The notes: generated from the sequence alone by a model not told the origin. A DNA stretch of 14,154 nucleotides from Candidatus Sericytochromatia bacterium (GCA_035285125.1 JAYKHR010000171.1:1-14154), one strand, 5' to 3'. Shown: positions 1 to 8,302, counted from the stretch's first letter. Made by a program: numbers and translations.

Positions 1-592
1 CGATGAGGTTGGGCGGCGAGCCGACCAGGGTGCCGAGGCCCCCGAGGCTCGCCGAGTGGGCCACGCCGAGCAGCACGAAGGCCCGCGTCCGGCCGTCCGC
101 CTCCGCGGGCAGCGGCGCGAGCAGGCCGCGGGCGAGCGGGAGCATCAGGGCGGCCGTGGCCGTGTTGCTGATCCACAGCGACAGCGCCGCCGTGGCCGCG
201 AAGAGCAGGCCCACGGCCAGCCCGAGGTGCCCGCGGGCCAGCGCCAGCAGCCCGTGGGCCAGCTTGAGGTCGAGGCGCTGGACGTGCAGCGCGGCGGCCA
301 GCGCGAAGCCCCCGAGGAAGAGGAACACGAGGGGGTCCGCGAAGGGCGTCAGGGCCTGCTCGACCGTGAGCCCCGCGCCACCGAGCGCGACGGCGCCCAG
401 GGGCACCAGCAGCGCCGTCACGGCCAGCGGCAGGGCCTCCGTGACCCACAGCACCCCGATGAAGGCCGTGAGGGCGAGGGCCTCGCGGGCGGCCGGGGGG
501 TAGGGCAGGGCCTGCAGCGCTCCGAGCGCCACGGCGAGCGCGAGCAGCAACGCGGCACCCGGCCCAGCCTGGGGGCGTTGGTCACCGGCCAT
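1..592 (-). CDS. DASS/SLC13 family (VcINDY-like) sodium-coupled dicarboxylate/anion symporter, N-terminal part; runs off the window edge
   Basis: Not in the ORF track; translated by hand from ATG 592 (GGAGG at 601-605, 8 nt upstream; alternative in-frame ATG at 613). Reads MAGDQRPQ...VLWVTEALPLAVTALLVP...FADPLVFLFLGGFALAAAL...LSLWISNTATAALMLP...ASLGGLGTLVGSPPNLI. The SNT hairpin motif and GTxxGSPPN are DASS signatures. Confidence 0.93.
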   Translation of the reverse strand, partial: MAGDQRPQAGPGAALLLALAVALGALQALPYPPAAREALALTAFIGVLWVTEALPLAVTALLVPLGAVALGGAGLTVEQALTPFADPLVFLFLGGFALAAALHVQRLDLKLAHGLLALARGHLGLAVGLLFAATAALSLWISNTATAALMLPLARGLLAPLPAEADGRTRAFVLLGVAHSASLGGLGTLVGSPPNLI

Positions 593-674
593 CGTCGCCA
601 CCTCCCCCGCCATGGTGCCCGGGTGCCCGGGCGCGTCACGGGCCGGGGGGGACGAAGCGGCTGGGCGGGGCGGC

Positions 675-1289
675 TCAGCCCAGGTCCCAGGAGCGGTACA
701 GCAGGGCCGCCTGCGTGCGGTTCGAGACGCCCAGCTTGTCGTAGAGGGCGCTCAGGTAGTTGCGCACGGTCTTGGGGCTGAGGCAGATGGCCTCGGCGAT
801 GGCCTCGTTGGGGCAGCCCTGGGCCACGAGGCGCAGCAGGGCCCACTCGCGCTCGCTCAGGCGCGGGCGGGCGGGGGCGGCCCCCGGCCTGGGGCGGGCG
901 GCCTCGGGGTCACGCGCCGTGAGGCCGTGCACGTAGGCGCTGCCCACGGCCGCCTGGAGGGCCGTCAGGTCCGTGACGGGCTTGCACAGGAAGTCGTAGG
1001 CGCCCGCGTGGCGCAGGGCGGCGACGGCGTTGGCGAGGGTGGCCTCGCCCGTGAGCACCACCACCGGGAGCGTCGCGTCGAGCTGGCGCAGCAGCCGGAG
1101 GAGCTCCAGCCCGTGCAGCCCGGGCAGGTTGAGGTCCATCAGCACGACGTCCACCCGGCCCTGCCGGGCGCACTCCAGGGCCCGCGGGCCGTCGGCCACG
1201 GCCTCGACCTCGTAGCCGTGGCGGGCCAGCAGGCGCGCCAGCCCGTCGCGGGTGGGCGCGTCGTCCTCCACGATCAGGACGCGGGGCAT
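675..1289 (-). CDS. Response regulator, REC + LuxR-type HTH (NarL/FixJ family), 204 aa
   Basis: Start moved from the track's 1415 to ATG 1289 (MPRVLIVEDD), 4 nt after the sensor stop. REC motifs: EDD, VLMDLNLPG (phospho-Asp), VVVLTG, DFLCKP. HTH: LSEREWALLRLVAQGCPNEAIAEAICLSPKTVRNYLSALYDKLGVSNRTQA. Confidence 0.95.
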   Translation of the reverse strand: MPRVLIVEDDAPTRDGLARLLARHGYEVEAVADGPRALECARQGRVDVVLMDLNLPGLHGLELLRLLRQLDATLPVVVLTGEATLANAVAALRHAGAYDFLCKPVTDLTALQAAVGSAYVHGLTARDPEAARPRPGAAPARPRLSEREWALLRLVAQGCPNEAIAEAICLSPKTVRNYLSALYDKLGVSNRTQAALLYRSWDLG

Positions 1290-1293
1290 CGGC

Positions 1294-4200
1294 TCAGCCC
1301 TCCCCGTCCGCCCGACCCCAGGCCGTCGTCGGGAGCCCGACCTCGACGCGCGCGCCGGGCGCCCGGTCGGCGACGCGCAACCAGCCACCGACGCCCTGCA
1401 CCAGCTCGCGAGCATGCCGCAGCCCGAGGCCGGCGCCCTTGGCCGGGTGGTCGCCGGTGGCGCCGAAGCCCGGGCCCGCGTCGGCCACGGCGAGCACGCA
1501 CCAGCCGCTCGCGACGCTGGCCTCGAGGGCCACCTCCGTCCCGGCCGGGGCGAACTTGCAGGCGTTCTCCGCCAGGTTGCCGAGCACCTGGGCGAGCTCC
1601 ACGGCGTCGATCGCCAGGCTCGCGGCCGGCACCTCCGCGACCGCCAGCGCCACCCCCCGCTGCGCGGCGACGGGCCCGAGGCGGGCCACCACGTCGGCCA
1701 CCACGGGCCGGAGCTCGGCCGCCGGCTGCCCCCCGTCGGGGTCCATCATGCGGCCGAGCTTGTGACGCAGGAAGTCCCCCATGAACTGCACCTGCCGGTC
1801 GATGCCGGCCGCCGCCGCGGCGGCGTCGGGCAGGTCGCGGGTGAGGTGGGCCAGCTCGGCGTTCGTGAGCGTCACGGCCTGCACCGCGTTGCGCAGGTCG
1901 TGGACAATCTGCCGGACGAGGGCCTCGCGGGCCCGGGCCGCCTGGGCTGCGGCGCGCGCCTCGGCCTGCGCAGCGATCTCCCGCTCCGTCGTCTCGACGT
2001 GGGCGAGGGCGATGCCGGCGAAGTCGGAGAGGGCCACCACGAGGGCCAGCTCGTCGGCGGTGAAGGGCTCGCGCGCCTGCTGGCGGTCCAGGTACAGCAG
2101 GCCTCGGAGGGCCTGCCCCCAGCGCACGGGGACGCAGATGACGGTCCGCAGGTCCAGCGCGACGAGGCTGAGGCCCGCCGCAAAGCGCGCGTCGTCCCGC
2201 ACGTCGGCGAGCCACACGGCCTGCCCCGTCTCGAGCACGTGCTCGGCCACGCTGCGGCTGTAGGCCTCGACCTCGGGCAGGCCCTCCCGCGCCAGCGAGA
2301 CCCGCGTGGCGAGGCGCCCCCCGGGCATCATCAGCAGCAGCTTGCCGCGGTCCGCGTGGGCCGTCGCCATCGCGCGCTCGACCACCGTGCGCAGCGTGGC
2401 GTCGAGGCCGAGCCGGGCCGGCGGCGCGGGCGGCGAGGCCCCCGCCAGCAGCCACCAGCGCTCGACGCGCGCCTCGGCCACGCGCTGGGGCCAGACGGGG
2501 TGCCCCAGCGCCGCGAAGGCCTCGGCGGCGGCGTCGAGCGCCCGCGCCCGCGCGTCCGCGTCCTGGGCGATGCGCCCCTCCCAGTACCGGTTGATCGCCG
2601 CCTGCACGGGCAGGGCCAGCCGCCCCGCCAGCACGTCCGCCTCGCCGAGCGCCGCCCGGGCGCCCGCCGCGTCGCCGCGCCGGCTGGCGAGCCAGGCCCG
2701 CAGCCGCAGCCCCCACAGCACGCGCAGGGCGTGGTAGGTCGGCTCGGCCTCGTCCCGCGCGAGGGCCGCCTCGAGGCGCGCCTCGGCGTCGGCATCGCCG
2801 CGCGCCGCGGCCACCCAGGCCCAGCCGAGCGACAGGCCGAAGCCCCGGTTCGGGCTCTCCGTCTCGGCCCGCCGCAGCAGCGCCTCGGCCTCGGGCACCC
2901 GCCCCGCCGCGCAGGCGCTCATCGCGGCGCTGGCCCCGAACCAGGTGTAGTAGAACGTGCCGCGCAGGTACGCCGGAAAGATCGCGAAGCGGGCCTCGGC
3001 CTCCGCCCACTGGGCATGGTGCAGCGAGCCCTCGACGACCCGGCCCGCCCCCTCGATGTGGATCGTGCGGATCAGGCCGCAGCGCTCCAGGCTGGCGGTG
3101 AAGGCCTGCTGGGCGCGCTGGAAGGCCTCCCAGCCACCACCGTAGGCCGCCCCCGCGAGGCGCACGCTGTCGATGAGCGCGGCCATGTAGGGCTCGTGGC
3201 CGCCCAGCCGCTCGGCCTCGGCGGCGAGGTCCTCGGGGCAGTGCCCCGTGCGCACGACGGCCGCGTACAGCTGGTACACGTGGGCGTGCGCGTGCGCCCG
3301 CCCGAGCGCGGGGCGCAGGGCCTCAGGCGCCGCCCCGAGCAGGTCGGCGGCGCGGCGCCCGAGCGCGGCCATCGCGGCCGTCTCCTCGAACCAGCCGTGC
3401 AGCGTGCAGCGGGGGATGGCGAGCAGCCCGGCGAGCCAGTGGTCGGGCCCGGGCAGCAGCGCCAGGGCCTCGGCGAGGCACGCCTCGGCCGCCGGCAGGT
3501 CGCCCAGCAGGATGTGGCAGATGGCCTCGTCCATCGTGACCTGGCAGAGGCGCATCAGCAGCACGGGCCAGTGCTCGGGCGGCGCGCTGCCCGTCGCGAG
3601 CGGGGCCGCCCCGGGGGCCAGGTCCGCCAGCGTGAGGCGCTCGAGCCCCGCAGCCGCCGCCGACCAGTCGACCCCCGCCGGGGCCTGCGCGTGCAGCAGG
3701 GCGCGCATGTGGCCGAGGACTTCGCGCCCGAGCACCACGTCCACGGCGACGACCACGCCCGCGATGCGCTCCCACAGGGCGTACAGCGCCGGCGTGACGC
3801 CGGCCGCGTCCGCGTCGATCAAGGCCAGGGCGCGGCGCCAGGCGTTGACGGCGTCTCCGGGGGCGCCGCCGGCCATCAGGGCGTCGCCCGCCCCCGTGAA
3901 GGCCACCACGGCCTCGTCGTGGCGCCCCGCGCCGGCCAGGTGAGGCCCCTGGGCCGCGAGGGGGGCGCCCTCCGCCGCCAGCCAGTCGGCGAGCCGGGCA
4001 TGGGCCTCGCGGCGCGCCTCGGGCTCCCAGGCGTCCTGCAGGCCCTCTCGCAGCAGGTCATGGCGGAAGTCGAGCCAGCTGTCCTGTTCCTGCCAGAGGC
4101 GGCCCTCGAGCAAGGCCTGAACGCCCGCGAAGAGGCGCTCGGGCGCCCAGCCCGTGAGGGCCTGCAGCGCCTCCAGCGTGAAGCGCTGGCCGAGCAGCGT

Positions 4201-5727
4201 GCCCCACAGCAGCAGGGTGCGGGCGTCTGCCGGGAGCCGCTCGGCCACCCGCTGGATCAGGGCGGTGAGCCCGGAGGTGTCTGCCGTCCCCGCCGCCCGG
4301 CGCCCGAGCTCGGCGGCGATCTCCCCGAGGTGCAGCGGGTTGCCGCCCGTGAGGTCATGCGCCCACGCCAGCGTCTCGTCGTCCGGGGCCTGCCCGAGGT
4401 GGGCGGCCAGCAGGGCCGCGCTCGCGCCACGGTCGAGCGCCCCCACGGGCACGAGGGCCACGCGGGGCGTCTCCGTGAGGCCCTCGACGCCCGGGGCGGG
4501 GCGGGAGGTCGCCCAGACCTGGCCGGGGCGCCCCGCGTCCGAGAGCCGGACGGCGACGTGCACGAGGCAGTCGAGGCTGACCTGGTCCACCCACTGGAGG
4601 TCCTCCAGCACCAGCGTGGCCTCGGGGTGGGCGAGCAGCCAGGCCGCGATCGCCTCGAAAAGGGACCCGCGGCCCCCCACCTCGCCCGTCGCCAGCCAGC
4701 CGGCCAGCGCCTCCGGCGCCTCCGCGGCGCCCACCAGCGGCGCGAGGGCCTCGCGCCACGGGCGCATCGGCACAAGCAGGTCCGGGCGCCCGAGGCCCCG
4801 CCCGATCGCCGCCGGCAGCCGCCCGGCGAGCGCCTCCCGCACGAGCCGCGACTTGCCCGTGCCGCCCTCGCCCCAGGCCAGCACCGCGCCCGGCCCGCCG
4901 GGCCGCGCCACGAGGGCCTGCTCGACCAGCGCCAGCGCCCCTCCACGCCCCACCAGCGGCACCTCGGCCCGGAAGCCCGGCTGCGCGGCGGGGCCCTCGG
5001 GCGCCTCACCCCTCAGCCGGGCCAGGGCGGCCGCCCCGTCGGCCTGCCCCTCGGCGAGCAGGCCCAGCAGGGCCTCGGCCACCGGCGAGGGGCTCACCAC
5101 GGCCTGGCGCACCAGCCGCTCGACGAGCGCCGGCAGCCCCGTCAGCGACGCCACCGGCACGCCGAGCAGCAGCTCGGCCCCCAGCACGCCGAGCGCGTGC
5201 CAGTCGTCCGCGGGCTCGGCCGCCGCGCCGTGCAGCCGGGCGGGGCGCATGTAGGCGAGCGTGCCCGCCACGTCATCGCACCAGTCGAGCAGCACGGGCC
5301 CGTCAGGCCCGAGCACGCAGTTGGCGGGCTTGACGTCGCCGTGGGCGAAGCCCGCCGCATGCAGGGCCGAGAGCCCCTCCGCGAGCGCGAGCAGGATCGC
5401 GCGCACCTCGTCGGGCTCGAGCCGGCGCGCGGCCATCACGGCGGCGAGGTCCAGCCCCTCGATCCAGGCCATCACCAGCACCGGCGCCCCGTCGGCGTCC
5501 GCCCCGAAGTCGAGCGCCCGCACCAGCCGCGGGTGGTCCAGCCGCGCCCAGCGCCAGAACCGCTGCCGCCAGCGCAGCGGGCTGCCGCCGCCGGGGAACC
5601 GCTTGAGGGCGACAGGACGGCCGGAGACCGCGTCGACGGCGCGCGTCAGGCGTCCCGCGGTGGTCGCGTCCGCGCGGTAGCGGGCGTCGAGAGGGGGCAG
5701 CAGCGGAGGCGCGGCAACCGGGGTCAT
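1294..5727 (-). CDS. Hybrid sensor: Ser/Thr kinase-like domain + STAND/AAA NTPase + helical (TPR-like) region + GAF + histidine kinase, 1477 aa
   Basis: Kinase motifs VALKR, HPRLVRALD, HGDVKPAN, GTLAYM. Walker A GEGGTGKS (4849-4872), Walker B LVLEDLQWVD, TGGNPL, FRHDLLRE. GAF SRSVAEHVLETGQAVWLADVRDDARF...VICVPV...GLLYLD. H-box HDLRN (His codon 1900-1902), N-box NLAENACKF, G1 DAGPG, G2 GAGLGL. GAGGG lies upstream of ATG 5727. Confidence 0.93.
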   Translation of the reverse strand: MTPVAAPPLLPPLDARYRADATTAGRLTRAVDAVSGRPVALKRFPGGGSPLRWRQRFWRWARLDHPRLVRALDFGADADGAPVLVMAWIEGLDLAAVMAARRLEPDEVRAILLALAEGLSALHAAGFAHGDVKPANCVLGPDGPVLLDWCDDVAGTLAYMRPARLHGAAAEPADDWHALGVLGAELLLGVPVASLTGLPALVERLVRQAVVSPSPVAEALLGLLAEGQADGAAALARLRGEAPEGPAAQPGFRAEVPLVGRGGALALVEQALVARPGGPGAVLAWGEGGTGKSRLVREALAGRLPAAIGRGLGRPDLLVPMRPWREALAPLVGAAEAPEALAGWLATGEVGGRGSLFEAIAAWLLAHPEATLVLEDLQWVDQVSLDCLVHVAVRLSDAGRPGQVWATSRPAPGVEGLTETPRVALVPVGALDRGASAALLAAHLGQAPDDETLAWAHDLTGGNPLHLGEIAAELGRRAAGTADTSGLTALIQRVAERLPADARTLLLWGTLLGQRFTLEALQALTGWAPERLFAGVQALLEGRLWQEQDSWLDFRHDLLREGLQDAWEPEARREAHARLADWLAAEGAPLAAQGPHLAGAGRHDEAVVAFTGAGDALMAGGAPGDAVNAWRRALALIDADAAGVTPALYALWERIAGVVVAVDVVLGREVLGHMRALLHAQAPAGVDWSAAAAGLERLTLADLAPGAAPLATGSAPPEHWPVLLMRLCQVTMDEAICHILLGDLPAAEACLAEALALLPGPDHWLAGLLAIPRCTLHGWFEETAAMAALGRRAADLLGAAPEALRPALGRAHAHAHVYQLYAAVVRTGHCPEDLAAEAERLGGHEPYMAALIDSVRLAGAAYGGGWEAFQRAQQAFTASLERCGLIRTIHIEGAGRVVEGSLHHAQWAEAEARFAIFPAYLRGTFYYTWFGASAAMSACAAGRVPEAEALLRRAETESPNRGFGLSLGWAWVAAARGDADAEARLEAALARDEAEPTYHALRVLWGLRLRAWLASRRGDAAGARAALGEADVLAGRLALPVQAAINRYWEGRIAQDADARARALDAAAEAFAALGHPVWPQRVAEARVERWWLLAGASPPAPPARLGLDATLRTVVERAMATAHADRGKLLLMMPGGRLATRVSLAREGLPEVEAYSRSVAEHVLETGQAVWLADVRDDARFAAGLSLVALDLRTVICVPVRWGQALRGLLYLDRQQAREPFTADELALVVALSDFAGIALAHVETTEREIAAQAEARAAAQAARAREALVRQIVHDLRNAVQAVTLTNAELAHLTRDLPDAAAAAAGIDRQVQFMGDFLRHKLGRMMDPDGGQPAAELRPVVADVVARLGPVAAQRGVALAVAEVPAASLAIDAVELAQVLGNLAENACKFAPAGTEVALEASVASGWCVLAVADAGPGFGATGDHPAKGAGLGLRHARELVQGVGGWLRVADRAPGARVEVGLPTTAWGRADGEG

Positions 5728-5757
5728 GGACGATCCCTCGTTCAGGAAGCAGTTGCG

Positions 5758-5786
5758 ATCTTGGCACGAGGCAAGAGCACAAACAA
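5758..5786 (-). promoter_or_regulatory. Possible sigma70-type promoter of the sensor/regulator operon
   Basis: Minus strand reads TTGTTT (5786-5781), 17 nt, CAAGAT (5763-5758), with TG at the extended -10 position, in a locally AT-richer stretch about 30 nt upstream of the ATG. Only a partial consensus match. Confidence 0.35.
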
Positions 5787-5825
5787 GGGTTTCACCGAGG
5801 TTGAGCGGGGACTTGGCCTACTTCA

Positions 5826-5838
5826 GGGACATTTGTCC
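5826..5838. promoter_or_regulatory. Operator-like palindrome, copy 1 (GGGACATTTGTCC)
   Basis: GGACA-TT-TGTCC dyad at 5827-5838; reverse complement GGACAAATGTCC matches the boxes at 8381 and 14050. Confidence 0.65.
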
Positions 5839-5952
5839 ATGACTGCCTCCCGGGCAAGCCCTGCCAGATCCGGCACGTGGCCGCTCACCGCCAGGGCATT
5901 CGCCACGATGCGCCGTGCCGCACCCGGGTGGCGCTGGCGAGGCGGTGACCCC

Positions 5953-6519
5953 TCATCGGTTGCGCCTGCGCGCCATCACGCGCAGCTTCCCCGCGAGCCT
6001 GGAGAGCTTCAGCGCCACCGCCTCGGCCCCTGCCTCGTCGGCGGGGCTGGCCGTCAGCTCCTGGAAAAACTCGGCCGCCAGGGGCTCGCCCCGCCTAGCG
6101 TCGGCCTGGCTCCAGGCCACCCAGCGGTGCATCTGCTGAAGCGATCGCGCGAGCCGGCTCCAGTCCGGCTCGGCCGCCGGCGCCTCACCCTCCTCGGTCG
6201 CGGGCCAGGCCTCGGCCGCCAGGAAGCTGGCAAGCGCCTGGATGCCCGGCGAGGTGTGGATCCTGGAGGGCTTGGCCCAGGCCCGCGGCCAGGCCTCGGC
6301 CGCGAGCCCGAAGGCCCGATCGACGACCTCGGCCAGCCTGGCAGGGTCGGGGGTCTCACCAGGACAGCGGGCGACGAACGCGCGTACCACGGCGCTGAGA
6401 TCCGTGGGCGACACGGTGGGCTCGCCGCGGCTGGCCAGGGGGCCGAGCACGCCCGCCTGGCCGCGGGCCAGCAGCAAGTCGAGGGTGGCCTGTTCAAGCG
6501 AGGCGTCGGGCAGTTGCAT
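5953..6519 (-). CDS. Hypothetical protein, 188 aa; possible resemblance to the C-terminal helical region of DGQHR-domain proteins
   Basis: AGGAGG at 6529-6534 upstream of ATG 6519, protein-like composition, last gene of the left operon. The DGQHR resemblance (AWPRAWAKPSRIHTSPGIQALASFL) is recalled from memory and unverified. Confidence 0.75.
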   Translation of the reverse strand: MQLPDASLEQATLDLLLARGQAGVLGPLASRGEPTVSPTDLSAVVRAFVARCPGETPDPARLAEVVDRAFGLAAEAWPRAWAKPSRIHTSPGIQALASFLAAEAWPATEEGEAPAAEPDWSRLARSLQQMHRWVAWSQADARRGEPLAAEFFQELTASPADEAGAEAVALKLSRLAGKLRVMARRRNR

Positions 6520-6534
6520 CGGCGGGATCCTCCT

Positions 6535-6795
6535 CTAGGGGGAACGGGGGGGCTGGTCAGGCCCTGGCGAGGCGGGTGAGGCCACCGCATCGCGGTGGGA
6601 CACGTCGACAGGAGCTGCCGCCCCCGGCGCCGGGCCGTCATGACGCACCAGGACGAGCTGCTGATCCCGCTTCGTCGGGGCGCAACAGGGCAACTGGGGC
6701 GCGCAGGCAGGCAAGGCCATCAGCAGCACCGCGGCCGGCGCCAACCAGCGGTGGGCCCTGCCCCCCCTCCCAAGCAACAGCCTGCCAGCCATCAT
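6535..6795 (-). CDS. Small putative lipoprotein, 86 aa
   Basis: This is the C-terminal tail of track ORF 6535..8031. ATG 6795 overlaps the MFS stop (ATGA), with GAGGAGG at 6800-6806. MMAGRLLLGRGGRAHRWLAPAAVLLMALPA-C has a basic n-region, hydrophobic h-region and lipobox-like LPAC. Its stop abuts the next gene's RBS. Confidence 0.6.
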   Translation of the reverse strand: MMAGRLLLGRGGRAHRWLAPAAVLLMALPACAPQLPCCAPTKRDQQLVLVRHDGPAPGAAAPVDVSHRDAVASPASPGPDQPPRSP

Positions 6796-8261
6796 GCGGC
6801 CTCCTCGCCGCGGCCGGCGGCACCCGTAGGTTCCAGCCTGCGGGCGTGGGCCCAAAGCCCCAGCACGGCTGGCACGGTCAGCGCCGCGAGCAGCCACCAG
6901 GCCTGCTGGGGGTGGGCCAGCTGCCAGAGCTGGTCGAGGGCTTCGCGCGTGGGCACGTGCATCTGCAGCGCGAGCGCGGTCCCCACCTCCCAATCCTGCA
7001 GGGCCTCCACCACCACGCGTTGCTGGCCCCCCACCTCCACCAGCCACTCGCGGGCCAGGCTCCGGAAGTCGCCCAGGCGGGCGTACAGGGCGTCGCCGAC
7101 GAGCAACCCGACCAGCCAGGCCAGGCCCTGAGGCACGTCGCTGTAGCCCATGTAGCGGGCCTCCTGCCCGGGGGGCGCGAGCCGCGCCAGGTGGTCCTTG
7201 AGGCGCGGCCCCACCAGCACCTCGCCAAGGGTGACGACCAGCAAGCCGAGGGCCGCAACCGAGAACAGCTGGGTCGAGCCGGCCACCACGACGCCGACGC
7301 CGAGCACGATGGTGCCAAGCTGCATCGCGCGGATCGGCGTGAGCCACCCCGCCACGATCGCCACCGGCAGCGTCAGCACCACCACCAGGCCCATGTTGGC
7401 CTTCACAAGCCAGTCTGCGTAGTAGTCCGGCACGCCGTAGTAGGCCCGGGCCTCCCATCGCATGGTGCCCCAGTCGACCAGGTGGGTCGGCAGCCACGCG
7501 AGGCACTGCGCGTGGGCCAGGTGAAACAGCGAGATGGCGACAATAAGGAGCGCCAGGGCGGGGGAGCACAGGTCGCGCCAGGTAGCGCTGAGGATGGCCC
7601 CAACCTCTTGCCAGGTGGGCAGCAGCGGGCGGGCCGGCGCGCCCGGAGGCGGGGCCGGCTCGACCAGCAGCCAGAGGGGGAGCAGGTTCAAGGCGGCCAG
7701 GGCCGCGTTCAGCCCGAAGACCAGGGCGAGATTGCTGCTGGAGCCCACGAGCACCTGGGCCAGGATGCCGGCCACGTTCACGACCGCATAGAACAGCCCC
7801 CACCCGAGGGCCCCGCTTGCCTCGCCCAGGTTGTGCGCGACCAGCCCCTGCACGGCCGGCTTGAACACGCCCACGCCCACCCCCACGGCCAGGCAGCCGG
7901 CCAGCACCGCCCCAAACCCGGCCTGCGAGGCCAGGACGAGCGAGCCGAGCAGCTCCAGGGCAAGCGCCAGCAGCAGCGAGCGCTTGAAGCCCACCCGGTC
8001 CACCAGGCCGCCCATGACCACGGGCAGGCAAGCCACCAGCGCCGTCAGGCTCGTGAGGATGATCCCGCGCTGGCCGGCGTCAAAGCCGTACCCGCCGTCG
8101 AGCACCCCCAGGGTGAGGCAGGCGCCAAGCGCCAGGCGCATGTTGAAGTAACCCCAGCGCTCGATGAGCTCCATGGCGCTGGCGGCCCAGAACGTCCGCC
8201 GGAGGCCCAGCACCTGGCGCAGCACGGGCCTGGCTGTCACGGGTGACGTCGAGCCGCTCAT
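6792..8261 (-). CDS. MFS transporter, POT/PTR (proton-dependent oligopeptide) family, 489 aa
   Basis: Start moved to ATG 8261 (GAGGAGG upstream). ExxER motif MELIERWGY (8148-8174), motif A GGLVDRVGFKR, TM4 GVGVFKP, GWGLFYAVVNVAG, TM10 GE...PR; multiple hydrophobic segments. Confidence 0.9.
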   Translation of the reverse strand: MSGSTSPVTARPVLRQVLGLRRTFWAASAMELIERWGYFNMRLALGACLTLGVLDGGYGFDAGQRGIILTSLTALVACLPVVMGGLVDRVGFKRSLLLALALELLGSLVLASQAGFGAVLAGCLAVGVGVGVFKPAVQGLVAHNLGEASGALGWGLFYAVVNVAGILAQVLVGSSSNLALVFGLNAALAALNLLPLWLLVEPAPPPGAPARPLLPTWQEVGAILSATWRDLCSPALALLIVAISLFHLAHAQCLAWLPTHLVDWGTMRWEARAYYGVPDYYADWLVKANMGLVVVLTLPVAIVAGWLTPIRAMQLGTIVLGVGVVVAGSTQLFSVAALGLLVVTLGEVLVGPRLKDHLARLAPPGQEARYMGYSDVPQGLAWLVGLLVGDALYARLGDFRSLAREWLVEVGGQQRVVVEALQDWEVGTALALQMHVPTREALDQLWQLAHPQQAWWLLAALTVPAVLGLWAHARRLEPTGAAGRGEEAA

Positions 8262-8302
8262 CGGGACCCTCCTCGGGCGCGCCTCCAGGCTTGCCACAGC
8301 CG

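Noticed and set aside
615..634. GCCCGGG inverted repeat between the regulator and the DASS gene
   Set aside because: All-GC stem with a minimal loop and no U tract; likely by chance.
5761..5778. Sigma54-like TTGGCACG on the plus strand
   Set aside because: The -12 position reads GA instead of GC, and no credible plus-strand gene follows.
1252..6579. 1775-aa plus-strand ORF
   Set aside because: Antisense shadow of the motif-rich sensor gene; Arg/Gly/Pro-rich with no domain motifs, as expected where high GC suppresses stop codons.
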